DNA from: Eledone cirrhosa
Lineage: Eukaryota
DNA length: 64,000 nt
Direction of reading: 5' to 3'
Assembly: GCA_964016885.1 (NCBI GenBank)
Contig: OZ024746.1
Location: 47,554,001 to 47,618,000, forward strand
A program made the position numbers and the translations under genes. This document shows, piece after piece, positions 28,599 through 43,099 of this stretch. The notes beneath the pieces were generated by a model that saw nothing but the letters and a program-made list of their open reading frames with translations, ran no database searches and was not told the DNA's origin. Numbering within the stretch: position 1 is the stretch's first letter; every line of letters starts with the position of its first letter.

Positions 28599-28646
28599 AA
28601 CTCTGATGAATCTGTTATTACACACAGGCAGAAACAGCTGTCAGTT
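28599..28646 (+). ncRNA. Type I minimal hammerhead ribozyme motif in a Penelope-like relic
   Basis: AACT-CTGATGA-atCTGT..ACAGgca-GAAA-CAGCTG-TC^-AGTT; palindromic stem III ACAGCTGT; stem I extension AAACATTTTA/TAAAATGTTT; (TA)n just downstream. Base of stem II is mismatched. Confidence 0.75.
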
Positions 28647-28681
28647 GTAAAATGTTTTAATCTTTGGTGTCATTTAAATTG

Positions 28682-28716
<35 letters not shown>

Positions 28717-28859
28717 CCTTAAATGGAATCCTAGACCTTACAACCACTCATCAACACTCAAGATTATTTATCCCTCATTCTGATCCTTGAAACCTTTCAA
28801 AGTTCCACATCTGTTTCAATGGCGATACTTTTATTTTTAGAAAATCTGCAAAAGAAAGC

Positions 28860-29088
28860 TTAACCCTTTAGCATTTAAACTGGCCATATCCAGCCAGAAT
28901 TCCATCACCTCTTTCTGTTCAAACCAGTTGTAACTGGTCGCTCATACTTATGTTAAGCTATTGTTCTCAAAACAAATAATATCAAAATCTCATAGATTCA
29001 ATATTATGTGAGATGATTATGTAAGATAAAGCCTTTACCGTGAAAATACAATAGTAAATATAGAGTAATGTAAATGCTAAAGGGTTAA
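28860..29088. mobile_element. piggyBac-type MITE
   Basis: Same TIRs and TTAA flanks as 26461-26686. Confidence 0.85.
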
Positions 29089-29361
29089 ACATTATAAAAT
29101 AGATGAGAGAATAAAAAGTCCTGTTCAGATGTAAACAAAATTAAATCATGAGATAGTGGTCATGATTTCTATATATCAGTGACAATGACTTAAAATGTTT
29201 TCACTGCTATACAACAAAACACTAATATAGATATGGTATTGTCATTGTTACTTTTTGTTATTGTCTTTTGATTGGAGAGAATATTTTCTGTGTCTAGTGA
29301 CTTTAATTTTTCCATGTCAATGAAGTTTTTTTTTAAATATTTGTTATTTACTTCTTTCCAG

Positions 29362-29467
29362 TGACAAAGTTCAATCATTAATATACTGCCCAATCTCCAA
29401 CCAGTGTTTGTCTGGTGGTGATGATTGTATGGTAGCATTTTGGAATATGTATGGAAAAAGAGTTGAG
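29362..29467 (+). CDS. WDFY2: WDFY1/2-family exon 8
   Basis: ttccag|..|gtat; (H)DKVQSLIYCPISNQCLSGGDDCMVAFWNMYGKRVE; 106 bp. Confidence 0.93.
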
Positions 29468-30611
29468 GTATATATCGTTTAATTTTTCATATTCATGTTC
29501 CCTCTGTTGTAATAATACTTCATGGGGTTATTTGTTTGATTATATATTAACGTTTTGGTGCAACGACAGAAAGTTCCCAGCCCACAGTGTAAAGTGGTTG
29601 TGTTGGTGACACAACAAAAAGCACACAGCCCACACTGTAAAGTAGTCGTGTTGGTGACATGACACTGCTCCTGACAACCTCTCCAGTGTCGGTGCCAAGA
29701 TAAAATGCACCCTGAACACTCTGTGAATTGGTAGTACTGATTCCATGATAAAATACACCCAGTATACTCTGTGAAATGGTAGTGCTGATTCCAAAATAAA
29801 ACACATCCAGTACACTCTGTAAAGTGGTCAGTGTTAAGAAGAGCATTGAGTTATAGAAACCATGTCAATGAAATGATTGACACAGTATGTGCAAAATATG
29901 GTTAGCTGACCTGTCTGGTCTAAGAAAATGACAACCTTTCCAACCCATGCCAACATGAGAAACATGTAAAACAGTGAGGATGATGAGGATGATATGGGAA
30001 GAAGTTATGACAGCTGATCTCAGGAGTTATAACCTCATGAACATGTTGACAAAGAACTGCTACAAATGTTGAGGTGGAGAAGACCTTTTCAAATCATACA
30101 AGCATAGAAATGTATGTATGGTCGTGTAACTCTTGAGGGAGTCGTAGGGGCGCCGTATTGACATACAGCGTTTCTTGGGTATTTTAAGCCCATCCCTCTG
30201 AGTACAGTAGATTTCTTCCAGAGAAAGATAGAAAGTAAGAGAGGAAATGAGAAAGATGAAAAATCTACCCAGTACTAGACTGGTACTTTTTACATCGACC
30301 TCGAAAGGATGAAAGACAAAGTTGACCTCGGCGGTTTTTTTAACTCAGAGAGCTGGAACGAATACCATAAAGCATTCTGTCCAACGTTCTAATGACTCTG
30401 CCTATTCGTGGCCTACAAGCACAGAAAAACGGAGGTAAAAATGATGACAATGAACTATAATAATGAAGTTATTAACCTCGAAAATGATATTATTCTTAAC
30501 TACTCATGTCAGATATTTATTTTGTATTATTTTGAGATTTTGCAATAAGTCTCTATCAGTTTAATCTGAACATTATATAAGTACTCATATTCTTTTTTTT
30601 TTTTTTTGCAG

Positions 30612-30713
30612 ACACCAGATTGGGCTGAAAGTGATATTTGCCAGAAGTGTGATGCACCATTCTTTTGGAATGTACAGAAAATGTGGGAGCAAAAAGTAAT
30701 TGGTAACCGACAG
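30612..30713 (+). CDS. WDFY2: WDFY1/2-family exon 9 (FYVE N-half)
   Basis: [34 protein letters not shown]; 102 bp; canonical splice sites. Confidence 0.96.
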
Positions 30714-32850
30714 GTATGTTTTAGTTTGTACTATTGAATTTCGGTATCTTTTTATCTTTAACTTCAGAAAAATACATAAAAAGTTGTAGAGGAAATTTAA
30801 AACATTGAAGTTAATTAAAGTGATTTAACCTTTTAGCATTTAAACCACCCATATCTGGCCAGAATTCTCTCACTTCTATGACACAGAACCGAGGCCTCTG
30901 GCATTACACAGTAATACAGAAAACTCGACTTCCTGCGGGTACAAGCCGAAGCTGAACCATAGAGACAGTATGACCCCACTGTAAAGTGGTCGTGTAGGCG
31001 CCACGGTAAAAAGCACCCAGTACTCACTGTAAATGAGGTTGGTGCTAGGAAGGGCATCCAGCTGTAGAAATCAAGCCAGAATCAGTTCTGTATGAGCAAG
31101 ACATGGTCACCTGACCTGGCATTGCCCACAACAGGACAACCCATCTAACTCATGCTAACGTGGAAGAATGGACATAAAACAGTGATGATGATAGTCTTTG
31201 TACAATTCTGATATTTCAGCTCTGCTATTATCAATCTTAATCAGAAATGATATAGTTATGGAATAACAATACATTTAACAAATTGACTTTATGAACCAAT
31301 GGAGATACTTCCATGTCAGTTAATCTACTTGTTCAGTAGTAGATTAAACTTAATTCTAATAAATATTCACAAATTCTAAATTTTGGTATCACCTATTCTT
31401 ATATTTGAGTCTTAGGACAATACCTCTTACCTGCAGGAAAAAAAGATAGTAAAAAGTTGGCCACTGCTCAAAAGTGAATATTTAATCTAACTCACTAAAT
31501 GCTGACATGGGTTGGACAAGTCGTTACAGACCAAATCAGTACTTAATCAGAGCTTCTGTCCTCCTTGATGGACCAGGGACCATGTCTCACTCAGTACTTC
31601 TTTAGTGGTTGGATGCCCTTCTTAATACCAACAAGCTTACAGACTATATTGGATGCATTGTAACATGGTATCAATACTAAGGATGTTTTCATGACCTTGA
31701 TGTGACTGGATGATTAAAAAAAATGATTCGTTTAAAGAAACTTAACTCTAATTGTTATCAACTCAGCTTTTTTTTTAATCAGTGTCTGCTCAAAAAAGAA
31801 TAATCTAGACAGCATACCCATTATAGTTAATCTAGAGCAGTTTGCAATGGTTGTCAAGATCAGTACTTAATAGACATCTTTCTATGGTCAGGGCACTATT
31901 TGCAGTATATCCCCAGAATGTACTTTTTTTATCGAAAAGATGAAATACAAAGTTGACTATGACCAGGATTAAACTCAGGGTGCAGAGACTTGAAACGAAT
32001 GCTGCAAAGCATTCTATCCAACGTTATAATGTTTATACCAATTTGCTGCTTCATAAAACAGTAGGGTAGGGAGAAAAAGTATTCCAGTGTTCCAATAAAG
32101 GAAAAGAATACATCCATAGAGCTATCAGTAGAAACCTATTCTAAGAATATCCTATTTCTTAGTATAAAGTAATGTACTCAAATCTTCTACAATATATACT
32201 ACAGTCTCTGCTTTGAGATTTTTTATGACTTTCTGAATTCAATTTTTTTCCATAAATCATTTAAAAAATTTCATTAACTGGAAAGGAATAATCCTGATAT
32301 GCTCTTAAAGATGTAAAAGGTAAACCTGAGGACAAACAAATGAAATAAAAAAAAAAAGAAATCTGTTTGTTGAAATGAATGATACAGAACTAAGGTGTTG
32401 AGAAATGTCACCTATTGTGAGAAAAGTCTTTTAGTAGAGACAGACTAAAGATGTTTCTGAGAAGTAAGCAGTCAAGAGAAACCTGAGAGCATTGGGTCTC
32501 ATAGAATCAATGATATATGATCAAGACATCTGTAGGGGTACTGAATTATCAACACATTTAACCATGGGAATAGGGAGAAACAGATCTTGTTGTTTAATCC
32601 CAGGTCAACGATGATCAAGCAAACCTTTAGTCAAGGACATTTCAAAATATTCAGCCCCCCCACAGACATGTGTATATAGAATTATATCATTCACTGTGTT
32701 CATCTTTTAAAACAGTTGGGGATGGGGTGCTATTTCTAGCAATTCAAGTAACCATTTAGAGGCTAGGATATAAAAAGTAATGGTAATTTGCATTTCTTTC
32801 TACTTCATATTTTACTGTGTGAATGTTATTTTTGTCTGTTTGCTTTGCAG

Positions 32851-32981
32851 CACCATTGCCGAAAGTGTGGACGCGCTGTATGTGGGAAGTGCAGTGGCAA
32901 TAAGACAACCATTCCGCCACTTGGCTATGAATATGAAGTACGTGTTTGTGATCAATGTTTTTCTGGTATAACAGATGAAGA
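32851..32981 (+). CDS. WDFY2: WDFY1/2-family exon 10 (FYVE C-half)
   Basis: [43 protein letters not shown]: HHCR and RVC FYVE motifs; 131 bp. Confidence 0.97.
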
Positions 32982-33300
32982 GTAAGTATGACTAATCACA
33001 CTTCTTTTCTCTTAATTTATTATCTGAATTCCAGTTTTAACATAATCTGTTGGATGTGTGGTATGTTGGAGTCGATAGGTTACTGGACAGTCAACAAAGC
33101 AGTCAGAGGTTTGGACACTGGTAATACATCTATAGCAAAGACACTTAATAAGATACACACAATATAAAGTTAAGATTATTTTATTGAGTTTACTCTTTAA
33201 AAAAATAGCTATAATAGGGTATAAAAAATATAGCTGATAGCAATGGTGACTGTTTTTGTTTCCCTTTTTAAAAAGTAAATTTTTTTTGTTTTATTTGCAG

Positions 33301-33409
33301 AAGAGCTCCACTTGCAACATTTCATGATGCCAAACATGGTATTGTGTACATGCATCTTGATGCAACACGCAAAAGACTTCTCACAGTTGGTAAAGACAGA
33401 CTCATTAAG
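33301..33409 (+). CDS. WDFY2: WDFY1/2-family exon 11
   Basis: (E)[36 protein letters not shown]; 109 bp. Confidence 0.96.
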
Positions 33410-34213
33410 GTATGTAAAAAAATACATCAAATGTATAGAAGCTGTTTTGGAATTTGTTTGATTTTAATTTGTTTTAACTATAAAGTCATGTCATTTGTCT
33501 CTATAGTGCTCATAAGATTTCGTCAGACATTGCAAGTCCATACATACATATATTTATGATTAAAGGTTTTTCAGTTGGGATCATCAACAGTATATTAAGA
33601 ACTACATTATTCAATGTCTTTTAATTACATGGCAGCTATTTGAAGCAGACTTGCTGACTGCATAGAGCCTTATTTATTGGTTCATAGATATCATCTGTGG
33701 ATTAAGTTTGTAAATCTGTCTCGAGTTTATTTTGAATATATCTATCTTAATATCAGCGCATGGCTAAGTGTGGTTAGAAAGTTGGATTCGCAATCATGAG
33801 GTTATGAGTTCAATTCTTGGACCAAGTGATGCGTTGTGTCTTTGAGCAAGACACATTTTTTTACGTTGCTCCTTCTGTCAAGTTGTGACTGGTAGATTGT
33901 ATCAGCAATGGAAAGACCAATGGAAATATTGTTTCCTTGGTTTGATTTGAAGAGGTCTACCCCACTCGCCAAGAAAATGAGGTCTGGGATCTTGTTGATC
34001 GATCAGAGCGAACATCAAGAATGGTGTCAGTCACAAAATAATAACCCTGCTCTCTCATTTTTTTTTTTAAATTTAATATTTTGTTTTAGTTAATCAGACA
34101 AATTAATGAGATTCATTTCTAAATAGATACCTTGTACAGAATATATACTGTGGGAAAGAGTATTCATAAAAACGTAAGTTAAAATAGATTATAAAGCTCT
34201 TGAATATATATTC

Positions 34214-36298
34214 CTGTAGCATTTAAACCGGCTGTAACTGGTCAGAATTCTCAGCTCTCTTTCTTCAAACTGGCCATAGCTGGTCACTCATACTGATGTT
34301 AAGGTATTGTTCTCAAAAGGAATAGTGTCAAAATCTCATAGATTTGATATTATGTGAGATAAAGCATTTACCGTGAAAATACGATAGTAAATATAGAATA
34401 ATCATCATCATCATTGTTTAACGTCTATCTTCCACGCTAGCATGGGTTTAGATGGGAATTGTCCCACTTGAGGCAAGATTGGTTGTCTTGCTCGTATAGG
34501 ACTGTCTGGCAGGTTTTTTACAGCTGGATGCACTTCCTAACACCAACCACGTTTAGTGTGGACTGGGAGGTTTTTACCGTGTTACCTACACGGCCACATT
34601 ACAGCATGGATTGTATCTTTTTTTTGTCGTGACACCTACACGACCTCATTTATTTAGGACTGGATGTTGTGGTACCAACATAACTTTACAGCGAAAGGGG
34701 TAGGGGTAGTGGGATGGGGGTGTATAGTGGGATGGCAGGTCTTCTGTATTACTGCGTAGCGCCAAAGATCTCGGTCCAGTGACATTGTCTTGGAGAGGTG
34801 TGTGTAAGGTCGGAATTTATCAAATCGTCCCAGGTTTTTCTGGTTCTGCCTACTCCGTAGCTACCGTCTATTTTGATCGGCCTGCACTTTTTTATACAGC
34901 TGTCATCTTTCATGCACATCACGTGACCATACCAATGTAGTCTTCTCTCGAGTAAACGGCATCTGATCCCTCTTATTCCTAATTTCTCACTTAGTTCATT
35001 TATGCTTTGCTGTTCACATATATTACTATTACACATCCAATGAAGCATGCAAGCTTCATTCCTCTCCAGTCTGCGCAGATCCTCTGAACACAATGCCCAT
35101 GTCTCACTGCCATGTAACATTGCTGTTCGTATGCAGGCATCATACAGTCTGCTTTTCATTTTTAGAGAGAAACCTTTAGCGGCCAATAGTGGTATAAGCT
35201 CTCTGAACTTTTTCCATCCCGTTCTGACTCTAACTACTGTACTTTCAGAGCACCCTCCACCACTGCTGATTTTCTCACCCAGGTAACGGAAGGTGTCCAC
35301 TATTTCTATAGAACCATCTGGGCAATGGAATGAGCTAGTATCCTGTGAGCACTTGCTACTACTTATTGCACCTCAGCACCACCCACATATAAAATCTATG
35401 TTCTTAGTTAGCTTACCTGTGATCCCACTACATCTTTTATGCACCCATACTTTGCATTTGTGACATAAAATGGAGTTTCTGCCTACTCCTTTCCTACACA
35501 CTGAGCATGGCCATTTACCAGAGGGGACCAGTGCCCTATTTTCCTTCCTACATACTAGAACTTAGACAAGTTAATTTTAAGGCCTTTTGATTCTAGGCCA
35601 TGCTTCCATGTTTGGAATTTCTTCTCTAGTTCAGCCATTGATTCAGCTATGAGCGTTAGATCATCTGCGTATAGAAGTTCCCATGGGCAGCTGGTCTTGG
35701 ACTTCTCTGTTATAGCCTGAAGGGCAATAATAAATAGGAGGGGGCTAAGGCCAGGGCCCTGATGAACACCAACTTTTACGCTAAACTCTTCACTATATTC
35801 ATTGTTAATTCTGACCTTGCTGACTGTTTCTTTATACATGGCTTGTATAGCTCTCACAAGCCATTCATCAACACCTAGTTTTCTAAGAGCCCACCAGATA
35901 ATGGAGCGGGGGACTCTGTCAAAAGCTTTCTCCAAGTCAACAAAAGCTAAGTATAGGGGGTTTACTTTTAGCTAGGTACTTTTCCTGTAGTTGTCATACA
36001 AGGAAAAGAGCGTCTGTGGTACTTTTACCTGACACAAACCCAAACTGCATTTCATCTAGATCAATTCACTCTCTGATTAGTTGCGCTATAACTCTTTCTG
36101 TGACCTTCATGACCTGGTCAATTAATTTAATGCCTCTATAGTTTCCCCTATCTAGGGCATCACCTTTAACCTTGTAGCAGTTAATGATGATGCTGCTACA
36201 CTAGTCATTTGGTATGACCCGATTCTGTATGACTTGGTTTACTATCCAGGTGACCATAGTGTCTCCCACCGTTCCAGATGCTTGTAAATGCTAAAGGG
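34214..36298. mobile_element. piggyBac-type MITE split by an RTE insertion
   Basis: MITE body 34214-34402; its right TIR TGTAAATGCTAAAGGG resumes at 36283-36298. Confidence 0.75.
34401..36282 (-). mobile_element. 5'-truncated RTE LINE
   Basis: EKAFDRVPRS, WELLYADDL, MLHGSETW, RRLHWYGHV; (ATC)n tail at 34401-34414. Confidence 0.95.
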
Positions 36299-36350
36299 AT
36301 ATATATGTAAGTTTTGTTGATTTACCTGGTCTTTATTTTTTATTTTTCAG

Positions 36351-36380
36351 ATGTGGGATGTAAGTAGTGTACTTCACTGA
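36351..36380 (+). CDS. WDFY2: WDFY1/2-family last coding exon
   Basis: tttcag|ATGTGGGATGTAAGTAGTGTACTTCACTGA = MWDVSSVLH*; completes the last WD repeat; AATAAA candidates at 36735 and 37529. Confidence 0.92.
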   Translation: MWDVSSVLH

Positions 36381-37189
36381 AAGCAGTTACCTCATCTTTA
36401 AAAATAACTTTATGGTTTCCTTACATTTCATATTTCTCTGGCCAAATTACTGTGTTAGTAGATCAACCAGTACATAATTACTCAAATCTTCAAAAGAAAT
36501 TGCTTAAATCAAAATATTTCTTATGATCCTCACTTGTTTTGAGATAACCTTGCCAGAGAAATACTGAACACTTTTGAGATTAAATAACACTATTTGCAAC
36601 AATCTGAAAGTCTTGTTGCTGTGGCAACTCTAAAAAATGAAGATTTGCATTCTCCTGTCTGATATCAAGTATTGATACATAAAGTATCGGTTTTCTTTTT
36701 TTTTTACCCCTTCCCTCCTCAAAATCAATTTAAAAATAAATTACATCATGATCACACTTTCCTCACATCCATATTTGTTTTCTACATATTATCCCTTTCT
36801 CTCCAATTCTCGCTACTTATGTAGTCAGTAGAAAGAAAAGAAAAATGGTACTGATACAAAACCAATTTTTTCTTTTTCTCCCCCCCCCCCCCCCCCCCCC
36901 CCAATAATTTGTTAGTTATATCCAGCCTACTTTTCCCTATTCCACAAAACAATACCTTTACAACTTTTAACATAAAGCAGAAAAATTGTTATTCTCTTCC
37001 TATTAAAATATTTGTTAGAGCAACATACAAACAAGTCCAGGCTTTACAACAGTATATTCAATCTCACAGTTTGATTCCTATCTGTTACAACATTATACAA
37101 ATTCTGACTATTGATAATAGTTATTTGTTTCACTAATAATTTGTTGAATAATAATCAGAAAATCATGGGAGGTTACATTTTATACATAC

Positions 37190-37228
<39 letters not shown>

Positions 37229-37789
37229 TATGAAATGTGTATATGAAGTATTTACTTAACACTCAACCAAATGTTATTAGTTTCCTTGTACATGCAAGAA
37301 GAGATCATTATTGTCCAAAACAACTATTTTTTAAACAACTTTTTTCTCTTATATTATTTGTAAATTATTTTCTTTCTCAACTTTAGGATTGTATATTATA
37401 ATAAATTACCTTGCAATATTTTCTTTAATATAATGTTTTTGAAAACGGATCATTCTTTCTACAAGATTTCCTGTCCTGTAAATTTCCAGAAGTTATTTTC
37501 AAAACATTACTTGAAGCTTCTTATATAAAATAAAGACTACATTCACAAGGAATGTTCTAATTGGTATAATTAAGTCTGATGTATGAATTTCTGTTTGTTT
37601 GAAAATTCTATAAGATAGATGATTAGCTTAACCAAACATAAATTTATCTTATACAGTTTTTGTAATATGTCTACTTCACATCTGACGAAATGCTTATCAA
37701 TATTTTTGATTGATACATAAATCATTGTCACTTCAATTAAACTAATCTTCAAATATCAATCTAAAATATTTAAAATAGCTTGATTGAAT

Positions 37790-39490
37790 CATCATCATTA
37801 ATTTTGTCCATTTTTCCACACCTGCATAGATTGGATGGGTCCTTTTCAGTACTTGTTGCATTACTTTGTCATCTCCTCTGAGTGTCTGTAATTTGAGATC
37901 AGCTCTCACTATATCTGCCCAGGTCTTTCTTGATCTACCTTGACTATGACTTTCTTCCTCTAAGATTTGCTGATACTTCTCTCTTGCACACCACTTCAGT
38001 TCCTCTTAAATCCAGTTTCTCCCTCAGTTCATCCAAGCTCTGCCTTTCTCTCACATTTACATCGCTCATTCAATGAAGCATAGTTGCTTCATTTCTCTCC
38101 AACCTACTCATGTCCTTTGCAGTAACTGTCCAGGTTTCACTATTATGCAACTTCACACAGCCATTCTTTTGTATGTAGAAACCTTATATAGTCAACAGTG
38201 GGAGTAACTCTCTAAACTTCTTCCATTCTATCCTTACTTTAGTTATGCTCTCAGAGCACCCTCCTCTGCTGCTAATTAAATCACATAAATAGCAGAAGCT
38301 ACCAACCACTTCTATGAATCTTTCATATGATTGGAAAAGGTTTATATCGCTGATGCTTTTCCTGCTGAATACCCCTGTGCATCTTCTACATACAAAATCT
38401 TCCCTTCCTGTCAATCTACCTGTTATCCCACTACATCTCGTGTGTGCGCAAGATTTACTTTGTGTACATTGTATGGAGTTAATGCCCACTCCTTTTCTAC
38501 ATATTGAGCAGGGCCACTTCCCTGAGGAATCAGGATCTTATCTTCTTTCTTAGCAAACTTATCCAAAACTAAAGTGTTAATATCAGCCTATTGGGTTCCA
38601 AATTGTTTCCATTGTCAAAACTTACTTTCTAGTCCTTTCATGGATTCAGCTATAAGGACCAGAACTGATGAACAGCAGGGGGATGAGTATCAAACTATGA
38701 TAAACTCCTACCTGTACCTTGAATTCCTCACTAAACTAATTTCCTACTCTCACTTTACTGATCGCTCCTCTATACATGGCTTGCACTGCTCTCACAAGCC
38801 ATTCTTCTACACCTAATTTTTTTCAAAGACCACCAGATAACAGATCGTGTTACTCTGTCAAAGGTCTTTTCTAGATCAACAAAAGCTGAATATAGCAGCT
38901 TATTCTTAGTTAGTGAGACAATTACAAGAAAAGTTCCTAAGAGGGCATCTGTAGTACTTTTCCCAAGCATGAAACTGAACTGCATTTCATCTAATTTGAT
39001 TATTTCCCTAATTAGCTGTGCTAGAACTCTTTCCATCATTTTCATAACTTGGACCATTAGTTTTATTCTTCTATAGTTGCTCCTTTCTAGAACATTACCT
39101 TGCAGCAATTTATAATTGTACTGCTGCACCAGTCATTAGGTATGGCTCTATTCTGTATTGACTATGCAGGTTACTAGTTTGGTCTCTAATTCTCCTGATG
39201 CTTTTAGCATCTCAGCAACTTTCTCTGACAATCCCACAGCTTTACCATTCTTTATCTCCTTGATTGCTTCTTGGACCCTATAACTGTCAATTTCAATAGC
39301 TGGGGTAATCTCTCTACCTCCCATTCATCAGCCTCTTATAGTAACATTTCCAGGCTTCATTTTTTTTTTTTTTTTAGAGTTTCAGTTGTGTTAAGTGCAC
39401 CATTGTCATTTCTAATATACTTTCCCCTAACAACAACATCCTGATTCACACTGACTTGCAATGTGATACACTTCATGTCGCAAAACATTG
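37790..39490 (-). mobile_element. Degraded RTE LINE
   Basis: ERSNYRRIKL, LDEMQFSF, FVDLEKTFDRV, WKKFRELLPLL; many disruptions. Confidence 0.9.
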
Positions 39491-42400
39491 GTCAAATTTT
39501 TTTTAATTTATCATTAATTGAAATACATAAATACAGTATATTTAATTAGAAATATGGTGAGAAAAGGCTTAATGATTATTGAAATATATACTAGAGGTAT
39601 TTAGAGTTACATTCTGAGTTCAAATCTTAGTAATATTGATATTCTGTTTACATTGTTGTGGCTTTTCATCATGAATTTGTTGAATAGATCACTAAATTTT
39701 GAATCATAACCGAAATCATGAATACTTCCAGATAATGTGGCAGACTGTAGATTAAACATTAGATGTGGTTGGTAGTAGAAAGTTCAACCCACTATAGAAG
39801 GCTTGCCAAACCAAGGGTCGGGAGAATTCTTCAGCTGTGTCAAGGATAAGATAACCTCCAAAAATGCTGGTGCCATGATAAAATGCACTTGGTAAAGCAT
39901 GGGACTGTATGTGAGAAGATCTACTGCCCAACCCTTGCTAGCAGGGAAAACAGATGCTTATGATGAATACATTCTAATATAGCATGTTTTTTTTTTATTT
40001 AGTTGGAGGAAGGGACAATGCATATAACTTTTTACAAGCTCTTAGTTTTGGACAAGTGATGACGAGGTAAACATATCAGATGGGTTTGCATAGAAGTGGT
40101 GAGACACAATTTGCTAGATTAGAGAAGCAGAAGAAACTGATTTAATAGTTACAGCATATTAGGAGTATTTTTGCTAATCAGCTTTGCTTTTCCTTTTATA
40201 GTTTAAATTGCTTGTCCCTGACATGTAAGCAATACTCTAAATATGGTGGCTCATACTTGAGCCTTGTGGATACTCAGCAATTGGTGTGAGTTGAAGATCT
40301 GGCAAATTTATGTATACAAGATTGATAAATTAGAGATTGCAATATCTTGCATTTGTTGTGACTGAAGCTTTAAGTGAGCTGTTTGTTAACATTATCCAAA
40401 TAAACAATTTTACACTAAGTTAAAAACAACTGTTTTAAAATAATTTTTCCTGCTAAAATGGGGGTTAGCTTTGCAGGCCCCATGACAATTTTCTTCATTT
40501 TCAGTTTTTGGTACTTTCATAGCCAGTGAAGTAATTCTTATTTTCCTGGATCCCATTTAGAATGATGAAATGAATCCTGACAAGTAGATGTCTAAAATCT
40601 GTATAGCCATTTATCTGCTAATCATATAGAAAATTTTAACATTTATTTTAGCTTCAAAGAAAAGAGGCCACATTTCAAATATTCCTTTAGTGTTGCAAAA
40701 ATGGCAATACATATTTCTATGGCATGCTTACCATAATCCAATAACTTAATCTTTGCAATTTACACCTGATGATACCACCACCATAAGTCTTACATCATGA
40801 TCTGATGTAAGCAGGCTATAGAAATATGTATTGGAATATGGCCTTCTGTTTACTTTGAAGTATTTAACTGCACCAACCTCGAGATACCACATCTACAAAG
40901 GATGATTTGCGGCATGTTTGCTTATTGCATCATGATCAGCTCATCAGAATGATCAGACCTACCCATTAGTTAAACCATCGAACATAAACTTTAAGAATCT
41001 GTTGACAACTAAATATCTTGTCTTTTAGCTTTATATATTATTACAGAGAAAGTCAAATCCTGCTGAGGTTGACTTCTAGGTTTTATAAAATAAATACCAG
41101 TCAAGTACTCGTGATAATTTCATCACATGTTTCAGCCGTCCTCCCCAAAAAAAATTGTTTATGCGTATATCATCAGGGTAGCATTTTAACAGAAATAATA
41201 GTGCACCAGACTAAATTAGCTTACAAGCATTTCATTAAAATTTCCTCCATGTATATTTGAGCTTTGCTGTGGTTGGTTTTACCTTTGCCTTTCACCCATC
41301 CCAGATGCTCAACTGATACATTTAGTCGGTCTGTTTTTTTTTTAATTTTATTCAGGTTTCAGTTACGTGTTACTTTTGGTTCAATTCCCAGTATCCCATT
41401 CTATTCAAAAGTTTGGCTTATGACTAGTGAAAAGAGATCAACATTCTACATAGTCCTGACACCCACGACATGACTTTGCTTTTCGTCCCTCAGACAAAGT
41501 AATCTGTGGCAGGATTTAAAAATTGAATAAAGGATGGAATTAAATGGCAAAAAAAATTCATTACTCTATTCCATCTACCACAGTACAACCTTAGAAAAAA
41601 ATTCAAAGATGGCAGAATCAAATTAAAATTCCTTGGAGTATTTGTTTTTGTTCCCAATGCAATCAATCACCTGTACTAGACATCCACCTGAATGTCTGAT
41701 AAAATAAGCCCCAGTACTTAATTTACATCAAAGATACTCTATCCCCAAATTTGAGGCCTATGTTAAAAACCATTTATATCATCCTCACAGCACTAGTTTC
41801 TTTATCCACCACTTCCCATGATAGTCCCTGCGAGATTAATTCTTAGATTTTACTTTAACCAAATATGTTGTTATAGACAATTAATGCAACATTAAAATGT
41901 ATAATATCTAGACATTTATAAATAATAAAAGGTACAGGCATGGCTACTTCAAAACTGGTTCCAGATTCGATCCCACTATGCAGTAATTTGGTAAAGTGTC
42001 TTGTCTACCATAGCCTCTGGTGGATCAAAATTTTGGTTGGTTGACCAGACCATTCTGTTTTGGGATAGTTTGTGTCCAGGTTTAATGCCACTCCTTGGTT
42101 CTTGGCTGCCTTTAGCAGAGTTCACACATTTGGGCCAAGTCTCCTGCCAGAGGCCTTGAAAAGGGTTATGGATTCTGTTATTAAATAAATAAAAAAAGCA
42201 TCACTTCTCCACTCAAGCAGGTACCTACAACCTGACATGGACTTGCCCACATGCTATTAGCCAAATAACCATGTCTGATGACTGGATCCTCTTTGCCCCC
42301 ATGTCACCCTGAGAGTTGGATGCTTAAACACATTATCTTCTCTCTATCACTGTTAACAGCACCAATCTTTTTCCAACAAACTGCCCATCTCATTCAAAAG

Positions 42401-43099
42401 TAACAATTTTATGACTTGTCCCTAACCACACCAAATCTTCACTTATTTGCATGCCTAATGCCATACATCCCCAAAACTACACAACTATGTGTGTGAACAA
42501 CCTCTTGGACTGTACTTCTTCCAAGCTAATTTATATAGCACAGTATGAACATTTTTTAAAACACGTATATACTTTTATATAAGCCAAGAAATATGGTAAA
42601 ATGAGGAGAGGGGTCCAGTTGCTAAAATATCTGGAGTGATTATTTTACAATGAAATAGTTTTTCTACATTGTCATTAATGTTACTTATGCATACGCCTTG
42701 AAAATATTTCCAACAAATCTTTATAATTTGAACTATTTAATACATAAATACTCCATACAGACTTAATACGTTTTCTTTCAATCTTACTTGTATTTTTATT
42801 GCTCGGTCTCTCCCTCCCTTTTCTACTCTATGAATCCCTATACAAAGTTCTCTTATTCAATCTCTTGCTTTTAAAGTACTCCCAGCATGTGAGTGGCCAG
42901 AAGTAAACAAAAATTTGAGAAACTTTAAAGTTGAAATGGTAAGAATGCAATAGAATTGTGAAACAAAAACTATATCCTAAACATCAAAATCTTAAAACTT
43001 CACATATATTTAATAAGAATTTCAAAACCACACCATCTGAACTTGTGTTTATCAGCTGCCTTGGCTTATAAACAGGATTTTTGCTCTTTTCTCAGACAT

